From assembly GCF_036507355.1 (NCBI RefSeq), contig NZ_AP027877.1: 64,000 nucleotides of DNA; one strand, 5' to 3'. A model generated the notes under the pieces. The model saw only the letters and a program-made list of their open reading frames with translations, did no database searches and had not been told where the DNA came from. Position numbers and translations under genes: made by a program. Positions within the stretch are counted from its first letter, which is position 1, and each line of letters starts with the position of its first letter. The stretch comes from Escherichia coli (GTDB lineage: Bacteria > Pseudomonadota > Gammaproteobacteria > Enterobacterales > Enterobacteriaceae). Below, piece after piece: positions 31,076 through 51,293 of this stretch.

Positions 31076-32358
31076 AAAACGGTCACTCCTTTCATGCCAT
31101 CCTTGATCAGATTGATGAAGCCCACTTTCTTGCCGTGGCGGAGGATTTTCTTGCGCATCAGTTCCGGCGCACTGCCGTCAATGGTGAACAGGTCACGCGC
31201 CACGCCCACCGCCAGTTCCGGGTAGCCGCTAAACATGCGTGGGTTATCAAGGAACGCCGGTAGTTTCTGGTACATGCGCATATCGCGCAGCGGGCCACTC
31301 TCCAGATGCTGACGATATTCCGCGAGTTTTTGCTTACTGAAATCGCCGCTTTTCATCGCTGAAAGCACGGTTTTTGCTGCAGCTTCCCCGGCGGCAATCG
31401 CCAGATCCATACCGCGAATGGTAAAACCGAGGTTCATACACATTCCGGCGGCATCACCGGCAATCAATACGCCGTCACCGACCAGCTCCGGCAGCATGTT
31501 GATGCCTGCTTCCGGCACTACGTGAGCGGAATATTCCACCAGCTTGCCACCCGCGATCAGCGGTGCAACGGCCGGATGTTGTTTGAAATCTTCCAGCATT
31601 TGCGGCACCGATTTTTTTGCGTCATGCAGATGATGCAGACCACAAACCAGCCCCAGCGACAGGGTATTTTCATTGGTATAAAGGAAGCCGCCGCCCATCA
31701 GGCTATTGGTGGGCGATCCCGCAAACAGACAAGCCGCGCCCTGATTACCCTGCAACTGAAAACGGTCTTCGATTACCGACTTCGGTAACTCGATCAGTTC
31801 CTTCACGCCAACCGCCACATCCGTCGGTTTAACGCGTTTTGCCATCCCCAACTTTTCGGCAAGGATGGAGTTCACCCCATCAGCAAGGATCACCGTTTTC
31901 GCTTCAATCACATCGCCATCGGCTTCTACACCGACGACTTTGCCATCGCGCTGTACGAGGTTATCGACGCGGATCCCGGTAATTAACTGCGCGCCCGCTT
32001 CTTCGGCCTGCTCCATCAACCAGGCATCAAATTTACTGCGCAAAACGGAGTAAGAACGCTGGGATGGCGAGGTTTCGTCACCGTTGCAGTAGTCCATAGT
32101 CATCGCTGACTTTTCCGTCATAAACGCGAGTTTTTCATGGGTGATCAGGCGTTCTACGGGGGCGGATTCGGCGAAACCTGGAATAATGTGTTCCAGACTG
32201 TGGGCATAGAGACGCCCGCCAGTAACGTTCTTGGCACCTGCGGAATTGCCACGCTCGATAACTAACACTTGCGCCCCTTCGCGGGCGAGCACCAGTGCGG
32301 CAACCGAACCGGCAAGCCCTGCACCGACGATGATGGCGTCAAAGATATCTTCGGACAT
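31072..32358 (-). CDS. fixC: Flavoprotein oxidoreductase FixC
   Basis: 428-aa product with N-terminal FAD-binding GAGLAGS motif. Confidence 0.93.
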   Translation of the reverse strand: MSEDIFDAIIVGAGLAGSVAALVLAREGAQVLVIERGNSAGAKNVTGGRLYAHSLEHIIPGFAESAPVERLITHEKLAFMTEKSAMTMDYCNGDETSPSQRSYSVLRSKFDAWLMEQAEEAGAQLITGIRVDNLVQRDGKVVGVEADGDVIEAKTVILADGVNSILAEKLGMAKRVKPTDVAVGVKELIELPKSVIEDRFQLQGNQGAACLFAGSPTNSLMGGGFLYTNENTLSLGLVCGLHHLHDAKKSVPQMLEDFKQHPAVAPLIAGGKLVEYSAHVVPEAGINMLPELVGDGVLIAGDAAGMCMNLGFTIRGMDLAIAAGEAAAKTVLSAMKSGDFSKQKLAEYRQHLESGPLRDMRMYQKLPAFLDNPRMFSGYPELAVGVARDLFTIDGSAPELMRKKILRHGKKVGFINLIKDGMKGVTVL

Positions 32359-32408
32359 AAGAGCTCCCTGTCAGCGGCAGAGCCGTAATGCAGCCCTGCC
32401 AGAGTGGA

Positions 32409-33350
32409 TCAACGCGCTAAAGCTGCGGTCAGTGCCGGAAGGATCTTCACGGCATCGCCAACAATGCCGTAATCCGCGTACTGGAAGATCGGCGCATTTT
32501 TATCTTTATTGATGGCGAAAATGGTTTGCGATGCATTAGCACCAACCATGTGCTGGATCTGCCCGGAGATCCCCACCGCCAGATACAATTCAGGTTTCAG
32601 CATCAGGTTGGAGATACCGACATAGCGTTCGTGCTCCATCCATTTTTCGTTTTCCGCCACCGGACGAGAACAGGCCAACTCCGCACCTATCGCCTTGCAA
32701 AGCTGTTCTGCCAGCGCAATGTTCTCTTTGCTGCCAATGCCGCGACCGACGCTGACCACCAGACGGGCTTTGTCGAGATCGACGCTGTTGCTCTGGCGCG
32801 CCTGGGTTGCCGTGCGGGTAATCGCCACAGCCGGAGCCTGCCACTCCACGGTGTGCGTTTCGCCAGTGCGTGACGCGTCTGGCTGAGCCGCATCGAACGT
32901 GCCACTGCTGATGGTCAGTACCGCATACGGCGTGGCAATGCGTTCTTCGCCAATCGCCAGGCCGCCGTAAACCATGTGTTTCACTGTTGCTTTACCGTCC
33001 TGTACGCTGACGGTGCTGGCATCGTTAGACACCGCCGCTTTAAGGCGATAACCCAGTTTTGCCGCCAGTAATTTGCCGCGACGGGTGTTTGGCAACAACA
33101 CCAGGCCGTCTGCGCCGTGCTGGCGAATAGTGTCAGCCATGACACTGGCGTAATCTTCGATCATCCGATCGTCCGGTTTGCCGTTTAATTTCCAGACATG
33201 ATTAGCGCCGAGCTGGATTGCCTGTGCGCCGTCGGCATCATTGAGGACAAAGGTGTTGATTTGATTAGCTAAAGCCTGCGCACCGTTCATCAGTTCCGGC
33301 AGACGAGAAGGGGTATCGCTGAATACCCAGACTTGAGAAAACGTGTTCAT
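32409..33350 (-). CDS. fixB: Electron transfer flavoprotein alpha-like subunit FixB
   Basis: 313-aa ETF-alpha-like product. Confidence 0.93.
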   Translation of the reverse strand: MNTFSQVWVFSDTPSRLPELMNGAQALANQINTFVLNDADGAQAIQLGANHVWKLNGKPDDRMIEDYASVMADTIRQHGADGLVLLPNTRRGKLLAAKLGYRLKAAVSNDASTVSVQDGKATVKHMVYGGLAIGEERIATPYAVLTISSGTFDAAQPDASRTGETHTVEWQAPAVAITRTATQARQSNSVDLDKARLVVSVGRGIGSKENIALAEQLCKAIGAELACSRPVAENEKWMEHERYVGISNLMLKPELYLAVGISGQIQHMVGANASQTIFAINKDKNAPIFQYADYGIVGDAVKILPALTAALAR

Positions 33351-33364
33351 AGCATCCCCTGTAA

Positions 33365-34135
33365 TTAAATGACTTTGCGAAGATTTTCAGCAAATGCGGC
33401 GATCTGTTCTTCGCCGTCGCCTTCAATCACGATGCGCTGACGCTCGCGCTGTTTCGGCGCGGCAACCTGTTGTTCTGACCAGGCTGCCTCTGCGTTAAAA
33501 CCGATATCCGCCGCCGACCATACCTGGACTGGCTTTTTCGCCGCGCCGAGAATGGCTTTCATCGAAGGTATTTGTGGGGAGTTGATATCAGTGGAAACAG
33601 CAACAACCGCAGGCAGCGGAATGCTTAAGGTTTCGGTTTCATCTTCCAGTTCGCGCTCAACGGTGAGGGTATCTGCCGTCAGGGAGATAATTTTGCTGAC
33701 GCCGTTAACTGCCGGAATATTGAGGATTTCGCCCACCAGCAGACCAACCTGCTGGGCATAAAGGTCGGAAGAACCATCGCCACAGAGGATCAGATCAAAG
33801 CCTGCTTTCTGGGCGGCTGCAGCCAGTGCGCTCGCCGTTTGTTGCGGCAGTGCCTGCTCGAACTGGTCATCAATCACCACAATCAGTTCATCCGGGCCGC
33901 GCGATAGCACATCTTTACGCCCTTTGGCGTTGGTCAGGGCTTTACCGCCCACACTTAAGGCTGTCACCTGCGCCTCTGCTGCCTGTTGCTTTAGCTGGCA
34001 AGCCGCTTCAATAGCGTTGAGATCGTATTGGCTTATTTTGGCATCGGCTTTGCTGAAGTCTAATGAACCATCAGCATTATTGACCGCAATATCCTGTTCA
34101 TCAGGCACGCACTTATAGCAAGTAATAATCTTCAT
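33365..34135 (-). CDS. fixA: Electron transfer flavoprotein beta-like subunit FixA
   Basis: 256-aa product [18 protein letters not shown]...; ORF track start trimmed. Confidence 0.93.
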   Translation of the reverse strand: MKIITCYKCVPDEQDIAVNNADGSLDFSKADAKISQYDLNAIEAACQLKQQAAEAQVTALSVGGKALTNAKGRKDVLSRGPDELIVVIDDQFEQALPQQTASALAAAAQKAGFDLILCGDGSSDLYAQQVGLLVGEILNIPAVNGVSKIISLTADTLTVERELEDETETLSIPLPAVVAVSTDINSPQIPSMKAILGAAKKPVQVWSAADIGFNAEAAWSEQQVAAPKQRERQRIVIEGDGEEQIAAFAENLRKVI

Positions 34136-36122
<1,987 letters not shown>

Positions 36123-36152
36123 TTAACCCCCAAAATATCAAGAGGTTGAAAG

Positions 36153-37295
36153 ATGGATTTTAATTTAAATGATGAGCAGGAACTGTTTGTCGCCGGTATC
36201 CGCGAACTGATGGCCAGCGAAAACTGGGAGGCCTATTTTGCCGAGTGCGACCGTGACAGCGTCTACCCGGAACGTTTTGTCAAAGCACTGGCGGATATGG
36301 GTATCGACAGTCTGCTGATCCCTGAAGAGCACGGTGGTCTGGACGCGGGGTTTGTTACTCTCGCCGCCGTGTGGATGGAGCTGGGACGTCTGGGGGCACC
36401 AACCTATGTACTGTACCAGTTGCCGGGCGGATTCAACACCTTCCTGCGCGAAGGCACACAAGAGCAGATCGACAAGATTATGGCTTTCCGCGGCACCGGT
36501 AAGCAGATGTGGAACTCAGCGATTACCGAACCGGGCGCGGGCTCCGACGTGGGTAGCCTGAAAACGACTTATACCCGTAGAAATGGTAAGATTTATCTTA
36601 ATGGTAGTAAGTGTTTTATTACCAGCAGCGCCTACACCCCGTACATCGTGGTGATGGCGCGCGACGGGGCTTCTCCGGACAAACCTGTCTACACCGAATG
36701 GTTTGTTGATATGAGCAAACCGGGCATCAAAGTGACCAAACTTGAAAAGCTCGGTCTGCGTATGGATAGCTGCTGTGAAATCACCTTTGACGACGTGGAA
36801 CTGGACGAGAAAGACATGTTCGGTCGGGAAGGTAACGGCTTTAACCGCGTCAAAGAAGAGTTCGACCATGAACGTTTCCTGGTAGCCCTGACCAACTACG
36901 GTACGGCGATGTGCGCCTTTGAAGATGCGGCGCGCTACGCCAACCAGCGCGTGCAGTTTGGCGAGGCTATTGGTCGTTTCCAGTTGATTCAGGAAAAATT
37001 CGCCCACATGGCGATCAAATTAAACTCCATGAAAAACATGCTGTATGAAGCAGCGTGGAAAGCAGACAACGGCACCATCACCTCTGGCGATGCAGCGATG
37101 TGCAAATACTTCTGCGCCAATGCGGCATTTGAAGTTGTGGATAGCGCAATGCAGGTGCTGGGCGGTGTCGGGATTGCGGGCAACCACCGCATCAGCCGCT
37201 TCTGGCGTGACCTGCGTGTAGACCGCGTCTCCGGGGGATCTGACGAAATGCAGATTCTGACGCTGGGTCGCGCGGTGCTGAAGCAATACCGCTAA
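36153..37295 (+). CDS. caiA: Crotonobetainyl-CoA reductase
   Basis: 380-aa acyl-CoA dehydrogenase-family product. Confidence 0.94.
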
Positions 37296-37299
37296 GTCA

Positions 37300-37400
<101 letters not shown>

Positions 37401-37405
37401 CATAA

Positions 37406-38641
<1,236 letters not shown>

Positions 38642-38714
38642 ACGCGTGGCGTCAGTCGGCTTGCCTGACTAGCGCCCGCCCAATAACAAACGAACAAAAA
38701 TGGATAGAGGTGCA

Positions 38715-40268
38715 ATGGATATCATTGGCGGACAACATCTACGTCAAATGTGGGACGATCTTGCGGACGTTTACGGTCATAAAACGGCGCTGATTTGTGA
38801 ATCCAGCGGCGGAGTCGTTAACCGGTATAGTTATCTTGAGTTAAATCAGGAGATTAACCGCACGGCAAACCTGTTTTATACGCTGGGGATTCGCAAAGGC
38901 GACAAGGTTGCACTACATCTCGACAACTGCCCGGAATTTATCTTTTGCTGGTTCGGGCTGGCAAAAATTGGCGCGATTATGGTGCCGATTAACGCCCGCC
39001 TGTTACGCGAGGAAAGTGCGTGGATCCTGCAAAATAGCCAGGCGTGCCTGCTGGTGACCAGTGCGCAATTCTATCCTATGTATCAACAGATTCAGCAGGA
39101 AGATGCCACTCAATTGCGGCACATTTGCCTGACAGATGTGGCACTTCCCGCTGATGATGGCGTGAGTTCGTTTACTCAACTGAAAAATCAACAACCTGCC
39201 ACCTTGTGCTATGCACCGCCGCTATCGACTGACGATACGGCGGAAATTCTCTTCACCTCCGGCACCACCTCCCGACCGAAAGGTGTGGTGATTACCCATT
39301 ACAACCTGCGCTTCGCTGGATATTACTCCGCCTGGCAGTGTGCACTGCGTGACGATGACGTCTACCTGACGGTAATGCCTGCGTTTCATATCGATTGCCA
39401 GTGTACTGCGGCGATGGCGGCGTTTTCTGCCGGGGCCACCTTTGTGCTGGTCGAGAAATACAGCGCCCGCGCCTTCTGGGGACAGGTGCAGAAGTACCGC
39501 GCCACCATTACCGAATGTATTCCGATGATGATCCGTACGTTGATGGTACAGCCGCCTTCAGCGAACGATCGGCAACACCGCCTGCGGGAAGTGATGTTTT
39601 ATCTCAACTTGTCGGAGCAGGAAAAAGATGCGTTTTGTGAACGCTTCGGCGTTCGCTTGCTGACGTCTTATGGGATGACGGAAACCATTGTGGGCATTAT
39701 CGGCGATCGTCCTGGCGATAAACGACGCTGGCCGTCGATTGGTCGGGCGGGGTTTTGCTACGAAGCGGAGATCCGCGACGATCACAATCGCCCGCTCCCG
39801 GCAGGTGAGATCGGTGAAATCTGTATTAAAGGCGCACCAGGGAAAACCATCTTCAAAGAGTATTTTCTCAACCCGAAAGCCACTGCAAAAGTGCTGGAAG
39901 CTGATGGCTGGCTGCATACCGGCGATACCGGATACCGCGACGAAGAGGGCTTTTTTTATTTCGTCGATCGCCGCTGCAATATGATCAAACGCGGTGGCGA
40001 GAATGTCTCCTGCGTGGAGCTCGAAAATATCATCGCCACCCATCCAAAAATTCAGGATATCGTGGTTGTGGGTATTAAAGATTCGATTCGCGATGAAGCC
40101 ATCAAAGCATTTGTGGTGCTGAATGAAGGTGAAACATTGAGCGAAGAGGAATTTTTCCGCTTCTGCGAACAAAATATGGCGAAATTTAAAGTGCCCTCTT
40201 ATCTGGAGATCAGAAAAGATCTGCCACGTAATTGCTCGGGGAAAATAATTAGAAAGAATCTGAAATAA
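38715..40268 (+). CDS. caiC: Crotonobetaine / carnitine-CoA ligase
   Basis: 517-aa AMP-binding enzyme ([12 protein letters not shown] motif); ORF track start trimmed to MDIIGGQHL. Confidence 0.92.
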   Translation: MDIIGGQHLRQMWDDLADVYGHKTALICESSGGVVNRYSYLELNQEINRTANLFYTLGIRKGDKVALHLDNCPEFIFCWFGLAKIGAIMVPINARLLREESAWILQNSQACLLVTSAQFYPMYQQIQQEDATQLRHICLTDVALPADDGVSSFTQLKNQQPATLCYAPPLSTDDTAEILFTSGTTSRPKGVVITHYNLRFAGYYSAWQCALRDDDVYLTVMPAFHIDCQCTAAMAAFSAGATFVLVEKYSARAFWGQVQKYRATITECIPMMIRTLMVQPPSANDRQHRLREVMFYLNLSEQEKDAFCERFGVRLLTSYGMTETIVGIIGDRPGDKRRWPSIGRAGFCYEAEIRDDHNRPLPAGEIGEICIKGAPGKTIFKEYFLNPKATAKVLEADGWLHTGDTGYRDEEGFFYFVDRRCNMIKRGGENVSCVELENIIATHPKIQDIVVVGIKDSIRDEAIKAFVVLNEGETLSEEEFFRFCEQNMAKFKVPSYLEIRKDLPRNCSGKIIRKNLK

Positions 40269-40376
40269 ATGAAACGGCAGGGAACTACCCTGCCAGCTAA
40301 TAATCACGCTCTAAAACAATATGCATTTTTTGCAGGGATGTTGTCGTCCCTGAAAAAGCAAAAATGGAGAAAAGGA

Positions 40377-41162
40377 ATGAGTGAATCATTACATCTGACC
40401 CGCAATGGATCAATTCTGGAAATTACCCTTGATCGCCCAAAAGCGAATGCTATTGATGCAAAAACCAGCTTTGAAATGGGCGAAGTATTTCTAAATTTCC
40501 GTGACGATCCGCAATTACGTGTCGCCATTATTACCGGTGCCGGAGAGAAATTCTTTTCCGCGGGCTGGGATTTAAAAGCGGCAGCAGAAGGCGAAGCACC
40601 GGATGCTGACTTTGGCCCGGGTGGTTTTGCGGGATTAACTGAAATTTTCAATCTCGACAAACCGGTTATCGCAGCTGTGAACGGCTACGCCTTTGGCGGC
40701 GGTTTCGAACTGGCGCTGGCGGCAGATTTTATTGTTTGTGCCGATAACGCCAGCTTCGCCCTGCCGGAAGCCAAACTGGGCATCGTTCCTGACAGCGGCG
40801 GTGTGCTGCGTCTGCCGAAGATCCTGCCGCCTGCCATCGTCAATGAAATGGTGATGACCGGCAGACGAATGGGCGCAGAAGAGGCGCTGCGTTGGGGGAT
40901 AGTCAACCGCGTGGTTAGCCAGGCGGAACTGATGGATAACGCCCGCGAACTGGCTCAGCAGCTGGTTAACAGCGCCCCGCTGGCGATTGCGGCGCTGAAA
41001 GAGATCTACCGCACCACCAGCGAAATGCCGGTAGAAGAAGCGTATCGCTATATTCGCAGCGGCGTGTTGAAACACTATCCGTCGGTTCTGCATTCGGAGG
41101 ATGCCATTGAAGGGCCGCTGGCGTTTGCCGAGAAGCGCGATCCGGTGTGGAAAGGACGTTAA
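40377..41162 (+). CDS. caiD: Carnitinyl-CoA dehydratase
   Basis: 261-aa crotonase-family product [21 protein letters not shown]...; ORF track start trimmed. Confidence 0.92.
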   Translation: MSESLHLTRNGSILEITLDRPKANAIDAKTSFEMGEVFLNFRDDPQLRVAIITGAGEKFFSAGWDLKAAAEGEAPDADFGPGGFAGLTEIFNLDKPVIAAVNGYAFGGGFELALAADFIVCADNASFALPEAKLGIVPDSGGVLRLPKILPPAIVNEMVMTGRRMGAEEALRWGIVNRVVSQAELMDNARELAQQLVNSAPLAIAALKEIYRTTSEMPVEEAYRYIRSGVLKHYPSVLHSEDAIEGPLAFAEKRDPVWKGR

Positions 41163-41167
41163 CAACC

Positions 41168-41758
41168 GTGAGCTATTACGCCTTTGAGGGGTTAATTCCG
41201 GTGGTTCACCCGACGGCGTTTGTCCATCCCAGTGCCGTCTTGATTGGCGATGTGATTGTGGGAGCCGGTGTCTACATCGGCCCACTCGCCTCACTGCGTG
41301 GTGACTACGGGCGGTTGATCGTGCAAGCGGGAGCCAATATTCAGGATGGCTGCATTATGCATGGCTACTGCGACACTGACACCATCGTTGGGGAAAACGG
41401 CCATATCGGGCATGGAGCGATCCTGCATGGTTGTGTGATTGGTCGCGATGCATTGGTCGGGATGAACAGCGTGATTATGGATGGCGCGGTCATTGGCGAA
41501 GAGAGCATTGTTGCCGCAATGAGCTTTGTCAAAGCAGGCTTTCACGGCGAGAAACGTCAGTTGTTGATGGGTACGCCAGCCCGCGCGGTACGCACTGTTA
41601 GTGACGACGAGTTACACTGGAAACGGTTGAATACCAAAGAGTATCAGGATCTTGTCGGGCGCTGTCATGCATCGTTACATGAAACACAGCCACTGAGGCA
41701 AATGGAGGAAAATCGCCCCCGTTTGCAGGGGACGACGGATGTGACGCCTAAACGGTGA
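41168..41758 (+). CDS. caiE: Carnitine operon protein CaiE (hexapeptide-repeat transferase family)
   Basis: 196-aa product beginning (GTG) [17 protein letters not shown]...; left-handed beta-helix repeats. Confidence 0.88.
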   Translation: MSYYAFEGLIPVVHPTAFVHPSAVLIGDVIVGAGVYIGPLASLRGDYGRLIVQAGANIQDGCIMHGYCDTDTIVGENGHIGHGAILHGCVIGRDALVGMNSVIMDGAVIGEESIVAAMSFVKAGFHGEKRQLLMGTPARAVRTVSDDELHWKRLNTKEYQDLVGRCHASLHETQPLRQMEENRPRLQGTTDVTPKR

Positions 41759-41843
41759 TCTTGCCGGATGCGACCTGGTTGCTGGATAAGATGCTACAAC
41801 ATCGTATCTGGCAAGCAGGACGCCCGGTATCAACGAGATAAAA

Positions 41844-42239
41844 TCAACGACGCATACTCTTTGACAACATCATCTGCCACTTCTGCTCGCGGTTAAGTTC
41901 CGTGAGCGGAACGGCAGGAATACGCGGTGTCTTTCTTACGCCGACTAATTTTTCCCGACTGTTATTGCGCAGGCGCGCGTAAATTTGCTCATCGATATCG
42001 ACCACTTTAACCAGTCGCTGACACTGGCATCCCCGCCCTTCCAGCTTATTAGGGATCATCTTAACTTCGCAGCTTATTTCTGTGACTTCCGACAGAATAT
42101 AAGTCAGGGTATTAACCGCCTTGCTGTGTTCAATATCGAAATGAATAGAGATCTCTCTTGCTATCACCCACCGATTTTCAGCCATCATCCATTCGGCGAT
42201 TAACAAGTAGAGTGGTTTTTCAACATATCCTTCACACAT
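41844..42239 (-). CDS. caiF: Transcriptional activator of cai / fix operons
   Basis: 131-aa product MCEGYVEKPLYLLIAEWMMAENRWVIAREI...; ORF track start trimmed. Confidence 0.9.
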   Translation of the reverse strand: MCEGYVEKPLYLLIAEWMMAENRWVIAREISIHFDIEHSKAVNTLTYILSEVTEISCEVKMIPNKLEGRGCQCQRLVKVVDIDEQIYARLRNNSREKLVGVRKTPRIPAVPLTELNREQKWQMMLSKSMRR

Positions 42240-42499
42240 ACGAACTCCAGTTTCACAAATTAAAAGTCTGGCTATGACTCGTTTTGAAGCAATTAAACAA
42301 GGCCATATTAAAATTGTGGATATATCGATAGTATGCAACTTCACCGTCGATAAGTGTGAGCTAAATCCTGCTTATGTCATCAAAAATATCGATTCCCCAA
42401 AAGATTTACTTAATGGGCAAAAAAAACGGTCCTCATCAGAGAACCGTATTAGTTATTCGATCAAATTAGCGGATGAAAAATATCCGCCATGACACGCTA

Positions 42500-45721
<3,222 letters not shown>

Positions 45722-45738
45722 GGCTCTTTTACTCCTGA

Positions 45739-46887
45739 TTACTTAGCGGTTTTACGGTACTGCTCAATTAACTCGATAAAGTGGTCGAACAACGGCGCGG
45801 CGTCGTGTGGACCTGGGCTGGCTTCCGGGTGCCCCTGGAAGCTGAACGCCGGTTTATCGGTGCGATGAATGCCCTGTAACGTACCGTCGAACAGGGATTT
45901 ATGCGTGACACGCAGGTTTGCAGGTAATGTTGCTTCGTCCACCGCAAAACCGTGGTTCTGGGCGGTGATCATCACCACGTTTTTCTCCACATCTTTAACC
46001 GGATGGTTGCCGCCGTGGTGACCAAATTTCATTTTGACAGTCTTCGCACCGCTCGCCAGCGCCAGCAGCTGATGACCGAGACAGATGCCGAATACCGGAA
46101 TATCGGTTTCGAGGAATTTCTGGATGGCGGTAATGGCGTAATCGCACGGGGCCGGGTCGCCAGGACCGTTGGAGAGGAAGATGCCGTCTGGATTCATTTT
46201 CAGCACATCTTCCGCAGAAGTTTGCGCCGGAACGATGGTCAGGCGACAGCCTCTATCCACCAGCATCCGCAGGATGTTGCGCTTGGCACCAAAATCATAA
46301 GCCACGACGTGGAACGGCAGCTCGTCTTCTTTTTTCGCTTCTGGCAGGCCGCCGGTCAACGTCCAGCTCCCTTGTGTCCAGCTATAGGCTTCTGCGGTGG
46401 TCACTTCTTTTGCCAGATCCATGCCGTTCAGACCTGGGAACGCGCGGGCTTTTTCTAACGCCAGCGCCGCATCCGGGTTATCGCCCGCGATAATGCAGCC
46501 ATTCTGTGCGCCTTTCTCGCGCAGTAAACGCGTCAGCTTACGGGTATCGATATCGGCAATCGCCACGATGTTATGGCGTTTCAGGTAAGAAGAGAGGTCT
46601 TCGGTATTACGGAAGTTGCTGGCAATCAGCGGCAGGTCGCGAATCACCAGACCTTGTGCATGTACCTGAGAAGATTCTTCATCGGCGTCATTAGTGCCGA
46701 CATTGCCAATATGGGGATAAGTAAGAGTAACGATTTGACGAGAATAGGAAGGATCAGTGAGGATTTCTTGATAACCGGTCATTGAAGTATTGAAAACGAC
46801 TTCCCCAACCGCCGAACCTGTTGCCCCTATGGCCCGACCGTGAAACTGGGTTCCGTCTTCCAGAACCAATAGCGCTGACTTAATCAA
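45739..46887 (-). CDS. carA: Carbamoyl-phosphate synthase small (glutaminase) subunit
   Basis: 382-aa product from non-ATG (TTG) start [17 protein letters not shown]...; 17-bp gap to carB. Confidence 0.93.
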   Translation of the reverse strand: MIKSALLVLEDGTQFHGRAIGATGSAVGEVVFNTSMTGYQEILTDPSYSRQIVTLTYPHIGNVGTNDADEESSQVHAQGLVIRDLPLIASNFRNTEDLSSYLKRHNIVAIADIDTRKLTRLLREKGAQNGCIIAGDNPDAALALEKARAFPGLNGMDLAKEVTTAEAYSWTQGSWTLTGGLPEAKKEDELPFHVVAYDFGAKRNILRMLVDRGCRLTIVPAQTSAEDVLKMNPDGIFLSNGPGDPAPCDYAITAIQKFLETDIPVFGICLGHQLLALASGAKTVKMKFGHHGGNHPVKDVEKNVVMITAQNHGFAVDEATLPANLRVTHKSLFDGTLQGIHRTDKPAFSFQGHPEASPGPHDAAPLFDHFIELIEQYRKTAK

Positions 46888-47260
46888 AACACCCTCCAGA
46901 GAATATTCACTCACTTTATTTGCATATTAATTCACAATGATGACGTAAATCAATGCAAATCTGCTTACCGACGAATTTCTGGCAAACGGCGGCATTCTGG
47001 AGATATGGGCGCTAAAAGTCAACTTAATGGCAGGATTTTTATATTATTTTGTGGCTCATGCATGTTTTACAGGCATTAAGCGACAAAAAGATCATCTAAC
47101 CTGTTCTGGAAAACGCTTGCGCAGCAAGAAGATTGCATGAAGTAAAAACGAGTAGAAAAAAGTGGACCAAATGGTCAAAATTTACATTAAAACAACAAAA
47201 ATAGAAGACAAAACATGTGATTTTTAGCGTTTGCATAAAATTTAAAAACATAACACAAAA
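46888..47260 (-). promoter_or_regulatory. carAB tandem-promoter control region (ARG box and pyrimidine-responsive sites)
   Basis: AT-rich leader upstream of carA containing the ARG-box-like palindrome tgcatattaattca. Confidence 0.6.
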
Positions 47261-47261
47261 A

Positions 47262-47292
47262 ATAAAAGGGCTAAAAATTAAAGCCCTTTATA
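47262..47292 (-). terminator. Rho-independent terminator downstream of dapB
   Basis: Hairpin aaagggct-aaaaatta-aagcccttt followed on the minus strand by a T-run. Confidence 0.65.
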
Positions 47293-47341
47293 TTCAATAA
47301 ATTAAATGCGTTACTTTTGCATCACTATAAACACTTTGTGG

Positions 47342-48178
<837 letters not shown>

Positions 48179-48329
48179 TTAATTTGCATAGACCGTTTTC
48201 AGAGTAACCAGCGCATCGCTACGCCGCCAGCCAAAAACGCTGATAATTAGAAATTAATGATAAACAGGGAGGGATATCAGTGAAAGGCATGAGTCGATGA
48301 ATGACTGCATGCCGATAACATGTGACAGG

Positions 48330-49244
48330 TTACGGCACCAGAGCCAGCACCTCAGCCACCCACTGTTGGAAGCCTTTTACATTCAGATCCAATGCCACCT
48401 GTACATTGGCTGGTTTGCCCAGGCAACCGTCGATATCAACCACCGTCGTGCCTGAGGTAAATTCGCCTTGAGTTTCTACCGCGACAAAACACGGCTTGAG
48501 GGTGAATAAGTCCGGGCGCACCAGCCAGGCGATGGCGCAGAGATCGTGCATTCGCAGACCGCTTTGCATACTGCCGCTACGGTAGTGGCTAAACAGGGCG
48601 TGGAGCATTTTTCCGGTGCGATTCAACTCCGGCAAAGTAGCGAGATAGTCAGGGGTTAATATTGCCTGATTGGTGACATCCAGACCGCACATGACGATTT
48701 CGATGCCGCTACGGAAGACACAGGCTGCCGCTTCTGGATCGGCAGCGATATTAAACTCGGCGTTTGGCGTGCAGTTGCCGCGACCGGCAGAGCCGCCCAT
48801 GATCACCAGACGACGAATATACGGTTTACATTCCGGGCATTGTGAAAGTAACAGCGCAATATTGGTTAACGGGCCGATGGCCACCAGGGTAACGGGCTCT
48901 GGTGCACGCATCAGGGCATCCCGAATCGCCAGAAACGCCGGTATCCCGAGCGGCTTTCGGTTGTGCTCAACAAAGTCGTAGCCAGCCATTCCCGATTCGC
49001 CGTGCACAGATGCCGCATCACGCGGTGCGCGTACCAGCGGCACAGCGGCCCCCTGGGCGAGCGGAATCTCCGCATTCCAGAAATGCAGCAGTTGCAGGGC
49101 ATTGCGGGTAGTTTTCTCAACCGAGACATTACCCGCGACGGTGGTCATCAGTTGCAGGTCGAGTTCGGGGGCAAAAATCGCGGCGGCAATGGCGACGGCA
49201 TCGTCAATGCCGGGGTCAGTATCGAGGAAGATAGGTAAACGCAT
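48330..49244 (-). CDS. rihC: Non-specific ribonucleoside hydrolase
   Basis: 304-aa product with N-terminal [12 protein letters not shown] nucleoside hydrolase motif. Confidence 0.93.
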   Translation of the reverse strand: MRLPIFLDTDPGIDDAVAIAAAIFAPELDLQLMTTVAGNVSVEKTTRNALQLLHFWNAEIPLAQGAAVPLVRAPRDAASVHGESGMAGYDFVEHNRKPLGIPAFLAIRDALMRAPEPVTLVAIGPLTNIALLLSQCPECKPYIRRLVIMGGSAGRGNCTPNAEFNIAADPEAAACVFRSGIEIVMCGLDVTNQAILTPDYLATLPELNRTGKMLHALFSHYRSGSMQSGLRMHDLCAIAWLVRPDLFTLKPCFVAVETQGEFTSGTTVVDIDGCLGKPANVQVALDLNVKGFQQWVAEVLALVP

Positions 49245-49309
49245 GTTTTCTCCATAAAAAATGCCGGTAACAAGACCGGCATTTTCGCATAACTTAGGCT
49301 GCTAATGAC

Positions 49310-50260
49310 TTAATCGACTTCACGAATATCGACACGCAGCTCTTTCGGCACTTCGAAAACAATGTTTTCTTCACGGCCTTCCAGCGGAATGGCTTCACCA
49401 CCGCCCAGCTGTTGCAAACGTGCCACAACATTCTGCACCAGAATATCCGGAGCCGATGCGCCCGCAGTCACGCCGACGCATTTAACCTCTTTCACCCACT
49501 CTTCCTGGATATCTTTCGCATCGTCAATCAAAAACGCGCGTTTGCCCATACGCTGGGCCAGCTCCGCCAGACGGTTGGAGTTGGAGGAGTTTTTCGAACC
49601 GACCACCAACACAACTTCCGCCTGTTCTGCCAGGGCGCGTACCGCTTCCTGACGGTTAGTCGTGGCGTAGCAGATGTCATCTTTGCGCGGACCGACAATT
49701 TTCGGGAAGCGTTTACGCAGCGCGTCGATCACATCAGACGTGTCATCCACCGACAGCGTGGTTTGGGTCATAAAGGAGAGTTTCTCTTCGTTTTTGACCG
49801 TCAGTTTCCACACATCGTCCGGCGATTCGACCAGATACATTCCCCCTTCCGGGTTACTGTACTGGCCCATCGTACCTTCCACTTCCGGATGCCCGGCGTG
49901 GCCGATGAGAATCGACTCTTCGCCACGACGGCTGGCGCGGGCGACTTCCATATGCACTTTGGTCACCAGCGGACAGGTGGCATCAAACACCGTCAAATCG
50001 CGGCTTTTTGCTTCGTTACGTACCGCCTGAGAAACACCGTGTGCGGAGAAAATCAGGATCGCGCCGTCCGGTACTTCGCTAATCTGCTCAATAAAGATAG
50101 CCCCACGCTCGCGCAGGCTATCGACCACGTAGCGGTTATGCACCACTTCGTGACGGACATATATCGGTGCGCCGTAAATGGCCAGCGCGTTTTCAACAAT
50201 GCTGATAGCGCGGTCTACCCCGGCACAAAAACCACGCGGGTTGGCCAACAGGATCTGCAT
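49310..50260 (-). CDS. ispH: 4-hydroxy-3-methylbut-2-enyl diphosphate reductase
   Basis: 316-aa product [23 protein letters not shown]...; ORF track start trimmed. Confidence 0.94.
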
Positions 50261-50261
50261 G

Positions 50262-50711
50262 TTACGCCTCCAGTGCCGGATCGATTTCCAGCACTTCAAT
50301 ATCAAAATGAACGGTCTGCCCGGCCAGCGGATGGTTGAAATCAACGGTAATGGAGTCGCCGTTAATTTCGCGGATCACGCCAGGCATCTCACTGCCATCC
50401 ATTGCGGTAAAAAGCATAATTGCGCCAATTTCTGGCTCGCCTGCATCCATAAATTCACGGCGGGAGAAGTACTGAATCAGGTCCGGTGACGGCACGCCAA
50501 ACGCCGCATCGGGCTCCAGCGAGAAGGTGGTTTTATCGCCCACTTTCAGCCCCAACAGGTGTTGCTCCAGCCCTTCAGAAAGAGAAGCATCGCCCAGGCG
50601 GAACAGCGCCGGTTTACCGTTGTTGCGGGTAGACTCGGCAGTGGTGCCATCGTCGAGTTTTAGCGTGAAGTGCACCAGGACGGCGCTATTGCTCTGTACA
50701 GATTCAGACAT
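50262..50711 (-). CDS. fkpB: FKBP-type peptidyl-prolyl cis-trans isomerase
   Basis: 149-aa product [23 protein letters not shown]... Confidence 0.93.
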
Positions 50712-50798
50712 GCAGGTTTGCTCTTATATTTTGAGGATTTTTGCCGGATGCGGCCTACGATTTCGCAGCAATCTGTAGGCCTTATCCGGCAGGGTTTA

Positions 50799-51293
50799 TT
50801 ATTGTTTTTTCGCTTTAGAAGGCAAAAAACCTTCCAGCACAATCAGTGCCGCACCGACACAAATGGCAGTATCGGCAAGGTTGAAGGTGGCGAAGTGCCA
50901 GTCGCCGACGTAGAAGTCGATCATATCGACAACGAAGCCGTGCCACAGGCGGTCGAACAGGTTGCCCAGCGCGCCGCCAATAATCAGCGCATAAGCGATA
51001 TTGTTTAGCTTCTGCGTGGCCTTCGAGCGATACATCATCACTGCCAGGATCACGCTAATACCAATCGCAATACCGGCAAAGAACCAACGCTGCCAGCCGC
51101 CGCTATCGGCAAGGAAACTAAACGCCGCGCCATAGTTACGCGCATAATGCAGATTAAGCGACGGGAACAGCGGGACCGTATCCCCCAGAGCAAAGTTCTG
51201 GAGGATCAGGTATTTGCTGCCCAGATCGATAATCAGCACGACTACCACCAGCCACAGCCAGCGTAGCCCTGTTGAACAGATCGATTGACTCAT
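50799..51293 (-). CDS. lspA: Lipoprotein signal peptidase II
   Basis: 164-aa membrane protein. Confidence 0.94.

Noticed and set aside
49412-50338. 308-aa plus-strand ORF inside ispH
   Set aside because: Antisense to ispH; spurious
50712-50798. Palindromic sequence gccggatgcggcctacgatttcgcagcaatctgtaggccttatccggc between fkpB and lspA
   Set aside because: Looks like an ordinary REP-type palindrome; spacer length appears to differ slightly from K-12 but nothing else unusual
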